64,000 nt of DNA from an uncultured Acidobacteriota bacterium (GTDB lineage Bacteria > Acidobacteriota > Thermoanaerobaculia > UBA5066 > Gp7-AA6), in the NCBI GenBank assembly GCA_963764715.1, contig CAVXTP010000021.1, positions 64,001-128,000 on the forward strand. The letters run 5' to 3'. A program made the translations under genes and the position numbers. Positions 31,175-42,002 of the stretch are shown piece by piece (the first letter of the stretch is position 1; every line of letters starts with the position of its first letter). The notes under the pieces are model-generated. The model was given only the letters and a program-made list of their open reading frames with translations. It was not told where the DNA came from and ran no database searches.

Positions 31175-31948
31175 ATGTTAGAGATACCCCGCGTGCGAGC
31201 GGCGCTGGTGCGTTCGGGGTTCGTGGCGACCGGGGCGATCTACGTCGCTATGGGAATCGTGTCCGGACGGGTGGCGCTCCTGGGCGCCCGTGACCGGGCC
31301 AACGGCGTTCCGGGAGCGCTGCGGTTCCTGCTCGAGCAGCCGTACGGCGCCTGGCTGCTCGGTGCGGTCGTCGCGGGGCTCGGAGGGATCGCGCTCGCGG
31401 ATGGGGTGCGCGCCGTCCGGGGCCCGGGCGGCGCGATCCAGCGGATCGGCCTGGCGTTGAGCGCTCTCGGTTATGCGGCCCTCGCCTGGACGGCGGGCGG
31501 ACTGCTCCTTCGCGCGGGCCGCCGCGCCCGGGGCGTCGGGCTCGAGCGCCAGAGCGCTTCGTGGCTGCTCGCGCAATCCTGGGGCGCCTTCGCCCTCGAG
31601 GCGATCGGCGCGGTCGTCATCGTCGGCGGGCTCGCGGAGATCCTGCGGGGCGTCCGGGGCAAGCTGCTCCTGCGCGGCGACGTCCTTCCGCGGGCCCTCC
31701 TTCGAACCCTGATTGGGGTGTCGCGGTTTGGCCTCGTCATGCGCGGCCTGACCCTCGGGGCTCTCGGTTACTTCATGATCCGCGCCGCCGAGCAGGTGGA
31801 CCCCCGGGTCGTGCGCACGTTCGGCGGGACCCTCGACGCGCTGGCCCACACCGTCCTCGGACCGGCCTTTCTCGGCGTCCTCGCGGCCGGGCTCGCCTCG
31901 TACGGCATCCACCTCTGGGCCGTGGCCCTCCTCCGCCGCCGCGTCTAG
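31175..31948 (+). CDS. DUF1206-like membrane protein
   Basis: Threefold repeated hydrophobic unit (RSGFVATGAIY / RFGLVMRG; LLEQPYG / LLAQSWG). Start uncertain. Confidence 0.75.
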   Translation: MLEIPRVRAALVRSGFVATGAIYVAMGIVSGRVALLGARDRANGVPGALRFLLEQPYGAWLLGAVVAGLGGIALADGVRAVRGPGGAIQRIGLALSALGYAALAWTAGGLLLRAGRRARGVGLERQSASWLLAQSWGAFALEAIGAVVIVGGLAEILRGVRGKLLLRGDVLPRALLRTLIGVSRFGLVMRGLTLGALGYFMIRAAEQVDPRVVRTFGGTLDALAHTVLGPAFLGVLAAGLASYGIHLWAVALLRRRV

Positions 31949-31951
31949 CCC

Positions 31952-31975
31952 GGGGTCAGCCCTGCATTTCTGAAC
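31952..31975 (+). repeat. GGGGTCAGCCCTG repeat, single copy
   Basis: GGGGTCAGCCCTGCATTTCTGAAC in the short gap between convergent genes. Confidence 0.75.
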
Positions 31976-31982
31976 TATTCTC

Positions 31983-33431
31983 TCAGTCGAGCCCGAGCCA
32001 CTGGCGCAGGATCTTCGCGACCTTTTCCGCCGACGGCGGATCCAGGTTCGACATCACGACGACGGTGTAGTCCGTGTCGAGGTCCATTTCGAGCACACAG
32101 TTGACGCCCGCGGTCCCGCCGGCGACTCCCTTGCCGCCGCGCAACTTCCCGGGCGCGCCGGAGGGCGGGGTCGAGAGGTCGGAGAAGTACCACGCGGTCC
32201 ACGCCGGCGAGAGGAGCTTGCCGCTCCGCATCGCGATGTCGAACCGCAGGAGGTCGCCCGCCGTGGAGTAGCCGCCGCCCGCTGAGCTGCCGCGGGCTGG
32301 GAGCTCGTAGACGTTGACGCGCGGCTCGGGCAGGCGCTTTCCGGCGGCGTCCTCGGAGGTGTAGCCGACGGCCCGGTTCGCGACCACGGCGTCCTGCATG
32401 AAGGAGTCGGAGCTCGTCATCCCGGCCGGCCCGTAGATGTTCTCGCGCACATAGTCGTAGTAGCTGCGGCCCGTGATCCTCTCGATGATCAGCCCGAGCA
32501 CGACGTACCCGGCGTTCGAGTAGCGCCGACTCGTGCCGGGCTCGAAGAGCAGCGGGTCCGACGCGAAGAGGCCGAGATAGTCCTGCAGGGTTCGGATCCG
32601 GCTCTTCGGCGTCGCGTCGAACTTCTCGCCGAAGAAGTCGCCCAGCCCCGAGGTCATCGTCAGGAGCTGGGCGATCGTGATCCGGTCCGCCGCCGGATTG
32701 GGATAGTCCGGCAGGTGCCTGCGGATGGTGTCGGAGAGAGAGAGCCGGCCCTTCCCGGCGAGCTGCCCGATCGCCGTCTGGGTGAACGTCTTGTTGATCG
32801 AGCCGAGGTTGAACTTCGTTTCGTTCTGGTTCGGGACCCCGAACGCGCGGTCGGCCAGGCCGTAGGCCTTGTGGAAGAACGGCGTTCCGTTGCGCGCGAG
32901 GAGGACGACCCCGGAGAACGCTTCGGAGTCGGCGAGCTGGCGCAGGTGCGCGTCGGCGGCCGCGGCGACCTCGGCGTCCGAGCCCTTGCGGGTCTCGCGC
33001 ACCGCGTCCGGGCCCTCGGTCTGCTCGAACCGCAGGCCGCGGATTCCGTGGGGCGGGGCCGGATCGAGCTGCAGACCGACCTCGAGCCAGTCGCCCGAAG
33101 TCTTCGCGCGCGCGAGGAAGGCCGCCCGGTCGTCGCCCCCGGGGAGCATCTTCTGGAACTCGAGCGGCCCGGTCTGCTTCGCCATGCCGGACAGGCGCTG
33201 CGTTCGCTGGTCGAGGGGGGCTTCCGCGAGAGCCGCCTCGGAGAAGTTCGCCGCGATGAACGCGCGAATCGCGTCGGGCGATCCGGCCTCGAAGGCCTTC
33301 AGCAGCGCCTGGATCCGCCGGCCGGCGGGGGTGTCGGGCGGCGCGGGCCCCTGTGGGGGAGTTGCGGAGGCCGCCGGGGCGAGGCCGAGACACAGAAAGA
33401 CCGCGAGGGCAGACGCGTGGCGAAGTCTCAT
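31983..33431 (-). CDS. Beta-lactamase-family serine hydrolase
   Basis: Signal peptide; FNLGSINK (SxxK), LLTMTSG, YSNAGY. Confidence 0.9.
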   Translation of the reverse strand: MRLRHASALAVFLCLGLAPAASATPPQGPAPPDTPAGRRIQALLKAFEAGSPDAIRAFIAANFSEAALAEAPLDQRTQRLSGMAKQTGPLEFQKMLPGGDDRAAFLARAKTSGDWLEVGLQLDPAPPHGIRGLRFEQTEGPDAVRETRKGSDAEVAAAADAHLRQLADSEAFSGVVLLARNGTPFFHKAYGLADRAFGVPNQNETKFNLGSINKTFTQTAIGQLAGKGRLSLSDTIRRHLPDYPNPAADRITIAQLLTMTSGLGDFFGEKFDATPKSRIRTLQDYLGLFASDPLLFEPGTSRRYSNAGYVVLGLIIERITGRSYYDYVRENIYGPAGMTSSDSFMQDAVVANRAVGYTSEDAAGKRLPEPRVNVYELPARGSSAGGGYSTAGDLLRFDIAMRSGKLLSPAWTAWYFSDLSTPPSGAPGKLRGGKGVAGGTAGVNCVLEMDLDTDYTVVVMSNLDPPSAEKVAKILRQWLGLD

Positions 33432-33480
33432 GCCTCCGTCTACGCGCCTGCCCCGCGGAAGTTACGCTTCCGGCCGGGTC

Positions 33481-34527
33481 CTAAGCCTTCATTTTGGCGA
33501 GGATGTCCTGGATCCGCTTCTTCTGGACCGGATCGGTCGTCATCGCCATCGCCTTGTTGTAGCTCTCGATGGCCGCCTTCTTGTCGCCCTTGGCCGCGAG
33601 GGCCTCGCCGAGACTGTCGTAGACGTTCCAGGAATTGGGGTAGTCCTTGACGTTCTTGCGGAACAGGGCGATCGCCTCGTCGGTCTTCTTCTGGCCGAGG
33701 AGCTGATAGCCGAGCAGGTTGACGTCGACTTCGGTCGCGATCTTCATCGCCTGCGCCCGTAGGTCCTCGGCGGCCTTGACGTCGCCCTTCTTCTCGAGGA
33801 TCGCGGCCTTGGTGCGCAGGTTCACGAACGTCGCCTGCATCCCGATGGAGTGGTCCGCCCACTGCAGCGCCTGGTCGAGGCCGGCGTCGTGCTGGAGCGC
33901 CCACTGGGCCGCCTGGTTCCAGGCCTGCCAGCCGAAGCGGGACAGCCCGCGGAGCTGTTTCTGCAGGCTGTCCATGACGACCGCGTTCGTGTCGACCGTG
34001 ATGGGGAAGGAGACCGCGAGCTTCTCCCACTGCATCACGACGTCGACGGACGTGTCGGTCGGGTTCTCGAAGCGGTACTCGAGGCGTTCTTCGAAGTCGG
34101 CCGGCTTCGGCGTCACCGGGAAGCGGACCACGTCCTCCTTCTCGTCGTAGCTGAAACTGCCCCACGCGGCCGACGTGCTCGAGAGCATCACCGACCAGTC
34201 CTTCTCGGTCGGCAGCATGTGCAGGCCGTACTTTCCGGCCGGGACCTTCTTGCCGCCGATCGTGACGGGGGAGGAGAACTCGATCGTCGTGTTCTCGTTG
34301 GCGCCGGCGCGCCAGGTCTGATTGTAGGGAACGAGGTCCCCCCAGACCGTGCGCTTGTTGACGGCCGGCCGGTGGTAGTCGATCGAGATGTCCGTCAGGC
34401 CCACCACCTGGCTGACGGTGGCCGCCGGACTGGCCTGGGGCGTGTTCAGGGGCGGGAGCTGCGCCAGGGCCGCCCCGGCCGCGGCGAGAAACGCGGTCAG
34501 CGCGAGGGAAAGGGAACGGGTCTTCAT
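33481..34527 (-). CDS. DUF2911 domain protein with C-terminal TPR
   Basis: SPAATVSQVVG, YHRP, WRAGANENT, PAGKYGL; NVYDSLGEA TPR. Confidence 0.85.
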   Translation of the reverse strand: MKTRSLSLALTAFLAAAGAALAQLPPLNTPQASPAATVSQVVGLTDISIDYHRPAVNKRTVWGDLVPYNQTWRAGANENTTIEFSSPVTIGGKKVPAGKYGLHMLPTEKDWSVMLSSTSAAWGSFSYDEKEDVVRFPVTPKPADFEERLEYRFENPTDTSVDVVMQWEKLAVSFPITVDTNAVVMDSLQKQLRGLSRFGWQAWNQAAQWALQHDAGLDQALQWADHSIGMQATFVNLRTKAAILEKKGDVKAAEDLRAQAMKIATEVDVNLLGYQLLGQKKTDEAIALFRKNVKDYPNSWNVYDSLGEALAAKGDKKAAIESYNKAMAMTTDPVQKKRIQDILAKMKA

Positions 34528-34602
34528 CGGGACCTCCTCCTTCGGTGTTCTGGAGGTCCTTACGGGGAAGGGGGGCGGGAGTTTATGGGGAGATTGTCGG
34601 AA

Positions 34603-35310
34603 TCAGGCGGCCGAGACCCCGGAGACGTGCGCGGCCTCGGCGTCCGCCCGGCGGGGGGCGCCGTTCTTCAGGGCGCAGAAGAGAAGGTCCGCCCGGCGCC
34701 GGACGCCGTGCTTGACGAGGAGGTTGGAGACGTGGAACTTGGCCGTCCGCTCCGACATGTGGAGCCGGTGCGCGATCTCCTTGTTGGAGAGGTTGTCGAG
34801 CACGGCCTCGAGGACCTGCCGTTCCCGGCGCGTGAGCCCCTCGAAACCCGTGGCGTAGACGCGCAGGGGGACCGTCGAGAGGGCGGAGTCGACGAACCGC
34901 GAGAGCAGCGCGCGGCCGACCCAGAGCCCGCCGTCCGCGACGGTCTGCAGCGCGGTCGTCAGCGAGCGCGCGGCTTCCTCGTAGGTCAGGAGTCCCTTGA
35001 TGCCGAGCCGCAGGAGGCCGAAGGCCAGGTGGTCGGCGAACCTCTCGCCGAGGACGAGGATGCGGGCCGTCGCCTGCCGGGCGTGGATCCCCGTCACGAC
35101 GGCCTCCGTCACCGGGAGCTGCGGATGCGCCTCGACCACGTAGACCGAGGCCCGCGGGACCGAAAGGCTCTCGAAGTCCGGGATGCGATTGGCCTCGAGG
35201 CGCCGGGCGGCCAGGCGAAGGCCGGCGTCCGAGATGAGTCGTTCGAACTCCGGCAGGACCAGCGGATGGCACCAGTAGAGACCGACCGTCGTGGAGCGAT
35301 GAACCGTCAC
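34603..35310 (-). CDS. LuxR/NarL-type regulator with degenerate receiver domain
   Basis: LTRRERQVL...SNKEIA...SERTAKFHVSNLL HTH. Start at GTG 35310 inferred from TACCCT-N8-GTG; the ORF extends to 35373. Confidence 0.85.
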   Translation of the reverse strand: MTVHRSTTVGLYWCHPLVLPEFERLISDAGLRLAARRLEANRIPDFESLSVPRASVYVVEAHPQLPVTEAVVTGIHARQATARILVLGERFADHLAFGLLRLGIKGLLTYEEAARSLTTALQTVADGGLWVGRALLSRFVDSALSTVPLRVYATGFEGLTRRERQVLEAVLDNLSNKEIAHRLHMSERTAKFHVSNLLVKHGVRRRADLLFCALKNGAPRRADAEAAHVSGVSAA

Positions 35311-35380
35311 CGTTTTGGAGGGTAACGGATTCTCGTAGGCGAGGGCAACCCAAAATTTCGGGGCTGTCCTCATCCGAGGT

Positions 35381-36361
35381 CTATCCGGTCGCGCCGGCCG
35401 GACGGCGCTTGTCGCGCGCCGGAATCGGCGTCGCGTCCGCGTACACCGCGTGGCACCAGCCGCGGTACTCCGCGCGCTTGCCGCGCACGACGTCGAAGAA
35501 GACTTCGCGCAGCGCCGCGACGATCGGCCCCATGCGGCCCGAGCCGATCGGCCGGTGATCGACGCGCGTGACCGCGGCGATCTGGATGCCCGTGCCGCAG
35601 AAGAACGCTTCGTCGGCGAGGGTGATCTCGGTCCGGTCGATCGTGCGCTCGGCGACCGGGACGCCGAGCACGTCCTTCACGAGCTCGAGGATGGTGCGCC
35701 GCGTGATGCCCTCGAGGACGTTGTCGGTGATGGGCGGCGTGACCAGCGTGCCATTGCGGACGAGGAAGAAGTTCGCGGCCGAGCCCTCCGACACGTGGCC
35801 GTCCTGGTTGAGGACGATCGCCTCGTCGAAGCCGGCGCGCTGGGCGTCGGTCTTGGCGAAGGCGGAGTTGACGTAAGAGCCCGTGATCTTCCCGCGCGCG
35901 GGGATCATGTTGTCGTCGACGCGGCGCCAGGAGGAGATCGTGGCGTGGACGCCCTCCTCGTTGTCGACGTAGCGCCCGTAAGGCATCGCCACGATCGAGA
36001 CCTCGGGGGAGGAGAGGTTGTGGAGCCGGACGCCGATCGACTCGTCTCCGTAGAAGGCGAGCGGGCGGATGTAGCAGTCCTCGCGGAGCAGCTCGGTGCG
36101 CAGCAGGCCGATGAGCGCGTCGGTCAGCTCGGTCGCCGTGTAGGGCAGGGTCATGTCGAGGAGCCGGGCCGACTCGAGGAAGCGCCGGAAGTGGTCGTGC
36201 GGACGGAAGACGAAGAGCTCCTGCTCTTCGGCGTTCCAGTAGCCGCGGATCCCGGCGAAGCAGCCGGTCCCGTAGTTGAGCGCGTGGGTCAGGACGCCGA
36301 CGCGGGCCTCGGCGTACGGGACGATGTGGCCGCGGAAGAAGGCGTGGCGTGGAAGGGCCAT
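35381..36361 (-). CDS. ilvE: Branched-chain amino acid aminotransferase
   Basis: THALNYG, YIRPL, KITGSYVNS, EGSAANFF, LEGITR, EAFFCGT. Confidence 0.93.
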   Translation of the reverse strand: MALPRHAFFRGHIVPYAEARVGVLTHALNYGTGCFAGIRGYWNAEEQELFVFRPHDHFRRFLESARLLDMTLPYTATELTDALIGLLRTELLREDCYIRPLAFYGDESIGVRLHNLSSPEVSIVAMPYGRYVDNEEGVHATISSWRRVDDNMIPARGKITGSYVNSAFAKTDAQRAGFDEAIVLNQDGHVSEGSAANFFLVRNGTLVTPPITDNVLEGITRRTILELVKDVLGVPVAERTIDRTEITLADEAFFCGTGIQIAAVTRVDHRPIGSGRMGPIVAALREVFFDVVRGKRAEYRGWCHAVYADATPIPARDKRRPAGATG

Positions 36362-36392
36362 CGGAGACCTCCTCAGGGTGCTTGGCGAGCCG

Positions 36393-36491
36393 GTCCACTT
36401 TTCGAGTCCATCTCGGATGTATCATCGAAGTGGACATCAAGATGGACCTCGAGCCGGCGGGAATCAAGAGCCAGATGCCCCGGAAGTGGAC
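36393..36491. promoter_or_regulatory. Putative MocR operator array (TGGAC core, direct and inverted)
   Basis: GTCCACTT 36393, GTCCATCT 36406, AAGTGGAC 36428, AGATGGAC 36440, AAGTGGAC 36484. Confidence 0.7.
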
Positions 36492-37982
36492 TGGGCCGGG
36501 GAGGTCGTCCGCGTGACGCCCCAGGCCTTCGTGGCCGCTCTCGGCCGCTGGACGGAGGGCGCCGGCCCCGTCTATCGCCGCCTGGCGGCGGCCGTCCGCG
36601 CGTCGATCGGCCGCGGAGAGATCCGCGCCGGCGAGCGCCTGCCGTCCGAGCGCGCCCTCGCCGCGCGCCTCGCCGTCTCGCGGACGACCGTCGTGGCGGC
36701 GTACGACGAGCTCCGCAAGGACCGCTGGATCGAGAGCCGCCAGGGAAGCGGCACGCGGGTGCGGGGTGCGGCGCCGCGGCCGCCGGCGCTGCAGCTGCGC
36801 GAGGATCCGTCGGGCTCGTTCCGCCGCCACCCGGTCTGGCGGAGCTTCACGGAGGGGCCCGGCGGGACCATCGAGTTTCTCGGCGCGCACCTTCCGGCGC
36901 CGGACATCCTCGCGCGCGAGGCCTCGCGCATCGACGAGAAGGCGCTGCGCGATCTCGCGCACAGCCCCGGTTACCTTCCGATGGGCCTTCCGGCGCTTCG
37001 CCAGGCGATCGCGCGCCACCTCTCGGCGTCGGGGCTCGAGACCGGCGAGGACCAGGTCCTCGTCACGCACGGCGCCCAGCAGGCGATCGGCCTCGCCGGC
37101 GCGCTGCTCGTCGAGCGCGGCGAGTCGGTCGTCGTCGAGGACCCGACCTACCTCGGCTCGATCGACATCTTCGCCGGCCAGGGCGCGCGCCTCGTGACCG
37201 TCCCGGTCGGGGGCGACGCGGCCTGGGTTGCGCGGCTCAAGGAGACCGTGGCGCGCACGGCGCCGCGGCTCGTGTACCTGATGCCGACCTACCAGAATCC
37301 GACGGGGGCCGTCATGCCGGAGGCGTGCCGCCGCGCGGTCGCCCGGCTCTCCCGCGAGCTGAAGCTGCCGATCGTCGAGGACAACACGCTCGCCGATCTC
37401 TCCCTCGGCGGACGTCCGCCGGCGCCGATCGCGGCCTTCGAACCGGAGGCGCCCGTGCTGACGATCGGGTCGCTGTCGAAGCTCTTCTGGGGCGGCCTTC
37501 GCATCGGCTGGGTCCGCGCGTCGGAGGAGATCCTGCTGCGCATGACGCGTCTCAAGATCATGGCCGATCTCGGCGGATCGCTCATCGGACAGCTCGTCGC
37601 GGTGCGCCTGCTCGCGGAGGCCGAGCGCGTCCGGGCCTCGCGGCGGCGCGAGATGCGCGAGAGGCTCGACCGGCTCACGAAGCTCCTCGGGCGCCACCTG
37701 CCCGACTGGGAGTGGACGGCGCCGGCGGGAGGACTGTCGCTGTGGGTCAAGCTCCCGCGCGGCGACGCAAACACCTTTTCGCAGGTGGCCCTGCGCCACG
37801 GGGTCGCGGTCGTGCCCGGTACCCTCGCTTCACCCGAGGGTGCCTTCGGCGATCGGCTCCGCATGCCGTTCGTGCTCGACGCCGGCCCGATGCGCGAGGG
37901 CGTCGAGCGCCTCGCCCGCGCGTGGGAGGCCTACGCGGGGGGCGAATCCCGCCGGCGTCGCGCGGCGGGCGTTCTGGTTTAG
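36486..37982 (+). CDS. MocR/GabR-family regulator (GntR HTH + PLP aminotransferase domain)
   Basis: LPSERALA..LAVSRTTV..AY..SRQGSGT; THGAQQA, QNPTG, IGSLSK, GLRIGW. Start approximate. Confidence 0.92.
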   Translation: MDWAGEVVRVTPQAFVAALGRWTEGAGPVYRRLAAAVRASIGRGEIRAGERLPSERALAARLAVSRTTVVAAYDELRKDRWIESRQGSGTRVRGAAPRPPALQLREDPSGSFRRHPVWRSFTEGPGGTIEFLGAHLPAPDILAREASRIDEKALRDLAHSPGYLPMGLPALRQAIARHLSASGLETGEDQVLVTHGAQQAIGLAGALLVERGESVVVEDPTYLGSIDIFAGQGARLVTVPVGGDAAWVARLKETVARTAPRLVYLMPTYQNPTGAVMPEACRRAVARLSRELKLPIVEDNTLADLSLGGRPPAPIAAFEPEAPVLTIGSLSKLFWGGLRIGWVRASEEILLRMTRLKIMADLGGSLIGQLVAVRLLAEAERVRASRRREMRERLDRLTKLLGRHLPDWEWTAPAGGLSLWVKLPRGDANTFSQVALRHGVAVVPGTLASPEGAFGDRLRMPFVLDAGPMREGVERLARAWEAYAGGESRRRRAAGVLV

Positions 37983-38140
37983 CCGTCGCTCCGCGAGCGT
38001 CGTGGGTCTGCGCCCGGAGGGCGCACCGGCGCGCGGCTCGCGGACGGCGCTCGACCGCGCACCTGACCCCCGCCGCTCGCTTCGCTCCCGCGGCGCGGAC
38101 CTCCTCCCTCCCTTCGGTCGGGAGACTATCCGCGCCGCGA
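37983..38140. repeat. Intergenic palindromic elements
   Basis: CCGCGAGC...GCTCGCGG hairpin; ACCTGACCCC at 38061 (inverted GGGGTCAGGT); CGCGGCGCGGA...TCCGCGCCGCG hairpin. Confidence 0.5.
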
Positions 38141-38174
38141 ACTTGAGGGAGAGTGCCGCTGGGGGCGGGGCGCG

Positions 38175-40073
<1,899 letters not shown>

Positions 40074-40127
40074 GCGGAGTCCTCCCGTCAGCTCACTACG
40101 CATTTGATCCCGAGGAGTTCCCGAGAA

Positions 40128-40481
40128 TCATCCCGCCCGGGTCCCGTCCGGGACGGGCCGCTCGGGCACGGCGAGCGCCGGCGGCACGCCGTCGGCATAC
40201 CCGAGGTCGAAGACCATCCCCTCGGACGTCTCGCCCATCATCTTTCGAGGCTCCAGGTTGACGACGAAGAGCGCCTGGCGGCCCACGAGCTCGGCCGGGT
40301 CGGCCCGCTCCTGCTTCATTCCGGCGAGGATGGTCCGGACGTGGTCGCCGAACCCGACGGTCAGCCGCAGGAGGCGGTCGGACTTCGGCACCGCCTCGAC
40401 CTGACGAATCGTTCCGACGCGGATGTCGATCGCCTCGAGCGCGGAGACGGGGACCACGGGCTTGACGGGTGCGGGGGTCAT
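40128..40481 (-). CDS. CsaA/Trbp111-like tRNA-binding protein
   Basis: IDIRVGTI, VVNLEPRKMMGETSEGM. Confidence 0.88.
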   Translation of the reverse strand: MTPAPVKPVVPVSALEAIDIRVGTIRQVEAVPKSDRLLRLTVGFGDHVRTILAGMKQERADPAELVGRQALFVVNLEPRKMMGETSEGMVFDLGYADGVPPALAVPERPVPDGTRAG

Positions 40482-41905
40482 GCGTTCTCTCCTTCGGCCG
40501 CGGCGGCCCGGATGTCCTCGAGCGCCTGCTTCATGCGGTCGCGGTGCGTGCGAAACGACAGCACGCAGATTCGGATGGCGAAGCGTCCCTTGAGCTTCGT
40601 GCCGGTGAGGTAGACGCGCCGGCGGCCGTTGATCCGTTCGAGGAGCGCGAGGTTGCGCCGGTCGAGCTCCTCGGCCGTCGCGCCCGGCCACGTCCGCCGG
40701 AACGCGACGATCGAAAGCTGCGGCTCGGCCAGGATCTCGATGCCCGGGACCTCGCGGAGACGCTCGCAGGCCCAGCTTGCGAGCTCCAGCTTTTCCTCGA
40801 GATTGGTCCGAAACGGCCCGGCGCCGTGCATCTTGAGCGGCAGCCAGACGCGCAGGCCCCGGAAGTCTCGCGAGAGCTCCGGCGAGAGCAGGTTGAAGTC
40901 GGTCAGGTCCTCGTCGGCCTGCATCGTCGGCATGTAGTCCGCCGACAGCGCGTGGGCGCGCTTCAACGCCTCGCCGTCGCGGACGAGCAGGGCGCCCGTG
41001 CCGTACGGGAGGAACAGCCCTTTGTGGGGGTCGAGCACGACCGAGTCGGCGCGCTCGATCCCGGCGAGCCGGCGCCGCCCAACTGCGGTCAGCAGGAAGA
41101 ACCCGCCGTAGGCGGCGTCCACGTGGAGCCAGAGACGCTCCCGCGCGGCGAAGGCTGCGAGCGCGGGAAGGTCGTCCACGGCGCCGGTGTTGGTCGTGCC
41201 GGCGTTGCCCACGACGAGGAAGGGCGCGAGGCCCGCCGCGCGGTCCGCGGCGACGGCGGCCGCGAGCGCGTCGAGCCGGATCCGGAAGAGCGCGTCCGTC
41301 TCGATCTCCCGCACGCGATGCTCCGGGAAGCCCGCGAGGATCGCCGCCTTCTGGATCGCGTGGTGGGCCTGGTCCGAGACGTAGATCGTTCCCGGGAGGA
41401 AATCCTCCGGCAGCCGGTCGCGCCGGGCCGCGACGAGCGCGGAGAACGTCGCGAGGGACCCGCCGCTCGTCAGGATTCCCTGCGCCGACCTCGGAAATCC
41501 GGCGAGATCGCAGAACCAGCGCACGACGTTCGACTCGAGCTGCGCGAGCCCCGGCGCTGCCGCGAAGACGCCCACGTAGCGGTTGGTCGCGTCGGCGACC
41601 AGGTCGGCGACGGCGGACTGCGGAAGGCCGCCGCCCGGGATGTAGGCGAGGTAGCCGGGGCCGGCCGTGTTGAAGCTCTTCGGGATCACGCGCTGGAAGA
41701 GGAGATCGAGGAGCTCGCCGGCCGGCGTGCCGATTTCCGGTAGGCCTTCGACGAGCGCCCGCGCCAGCTCCGCGCCGCCCGCGGTGTCGGCCGACGGCTG
41801 GTCGGGCAGCGAGTCGACGTGCGCCACGATGCGCTCGGCGGCCTCGTCGATCAGCCGACGCAGCGCCTCTCCGGTCAGCTCGAGACTTCGATCCTCCCCG
41901 GTCAC
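40478..41905 (-). CDS. PLP-dependent group II (aromatic amino acid-type) decarboxylase
   Basis: LTSGGS, GTTNTGAVD, WLHVDAAYGG, LDPHKGL. Confidence 0.9.
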   Translation of the reverse strand: MTGEDRSLELTGEALRRLIDEAAERIVAHVDSLPDQPSADTAGGAELARALVEGLPEIGTPAGELLDLLFQRVIPKSFNTAGPGYLAYIPGGGLPQSAVADLVADATNRYVGVFAAAPGLAQLESNVVRWFCDLAGFPRSAQGILTSGGSLATFSALVAARRDRLPEDFLPGTIYVSDQAHHAIQKAAILAGFPEHRVREIETDALFRIRLDALAAAVAADRAAGLAPFLVVGNAGTTNTGAVDDLPALAAFAARERLWLHVDAAYGGFFLLTAVGRRRLAGIERADSVVLDPHKGLFLPYGTGALLVRDGEALKRAHALSADYMPTMQADEDLTDFNLLSPELSRDFRGLRVWLPLKMHGAGPFRTNLEEKLELASWACERLREVPGIEILAEPQLSIVAFRRTWPGATAEELDRRNLALLERINGRRRVYLTGTKLKGRFAIRICVLSFRTHRDRMKQALEDIRAAAAEGENA

Positions 41906-42002
41906 GCCGCCATTGAATCATCCTCGCGGGACCTTTTCGTCACAAGGCAGCGCAGGCGCAGACCTCCGCGCAAGCGAAGCGACGGTATATTCGACGACCG
42001 GC

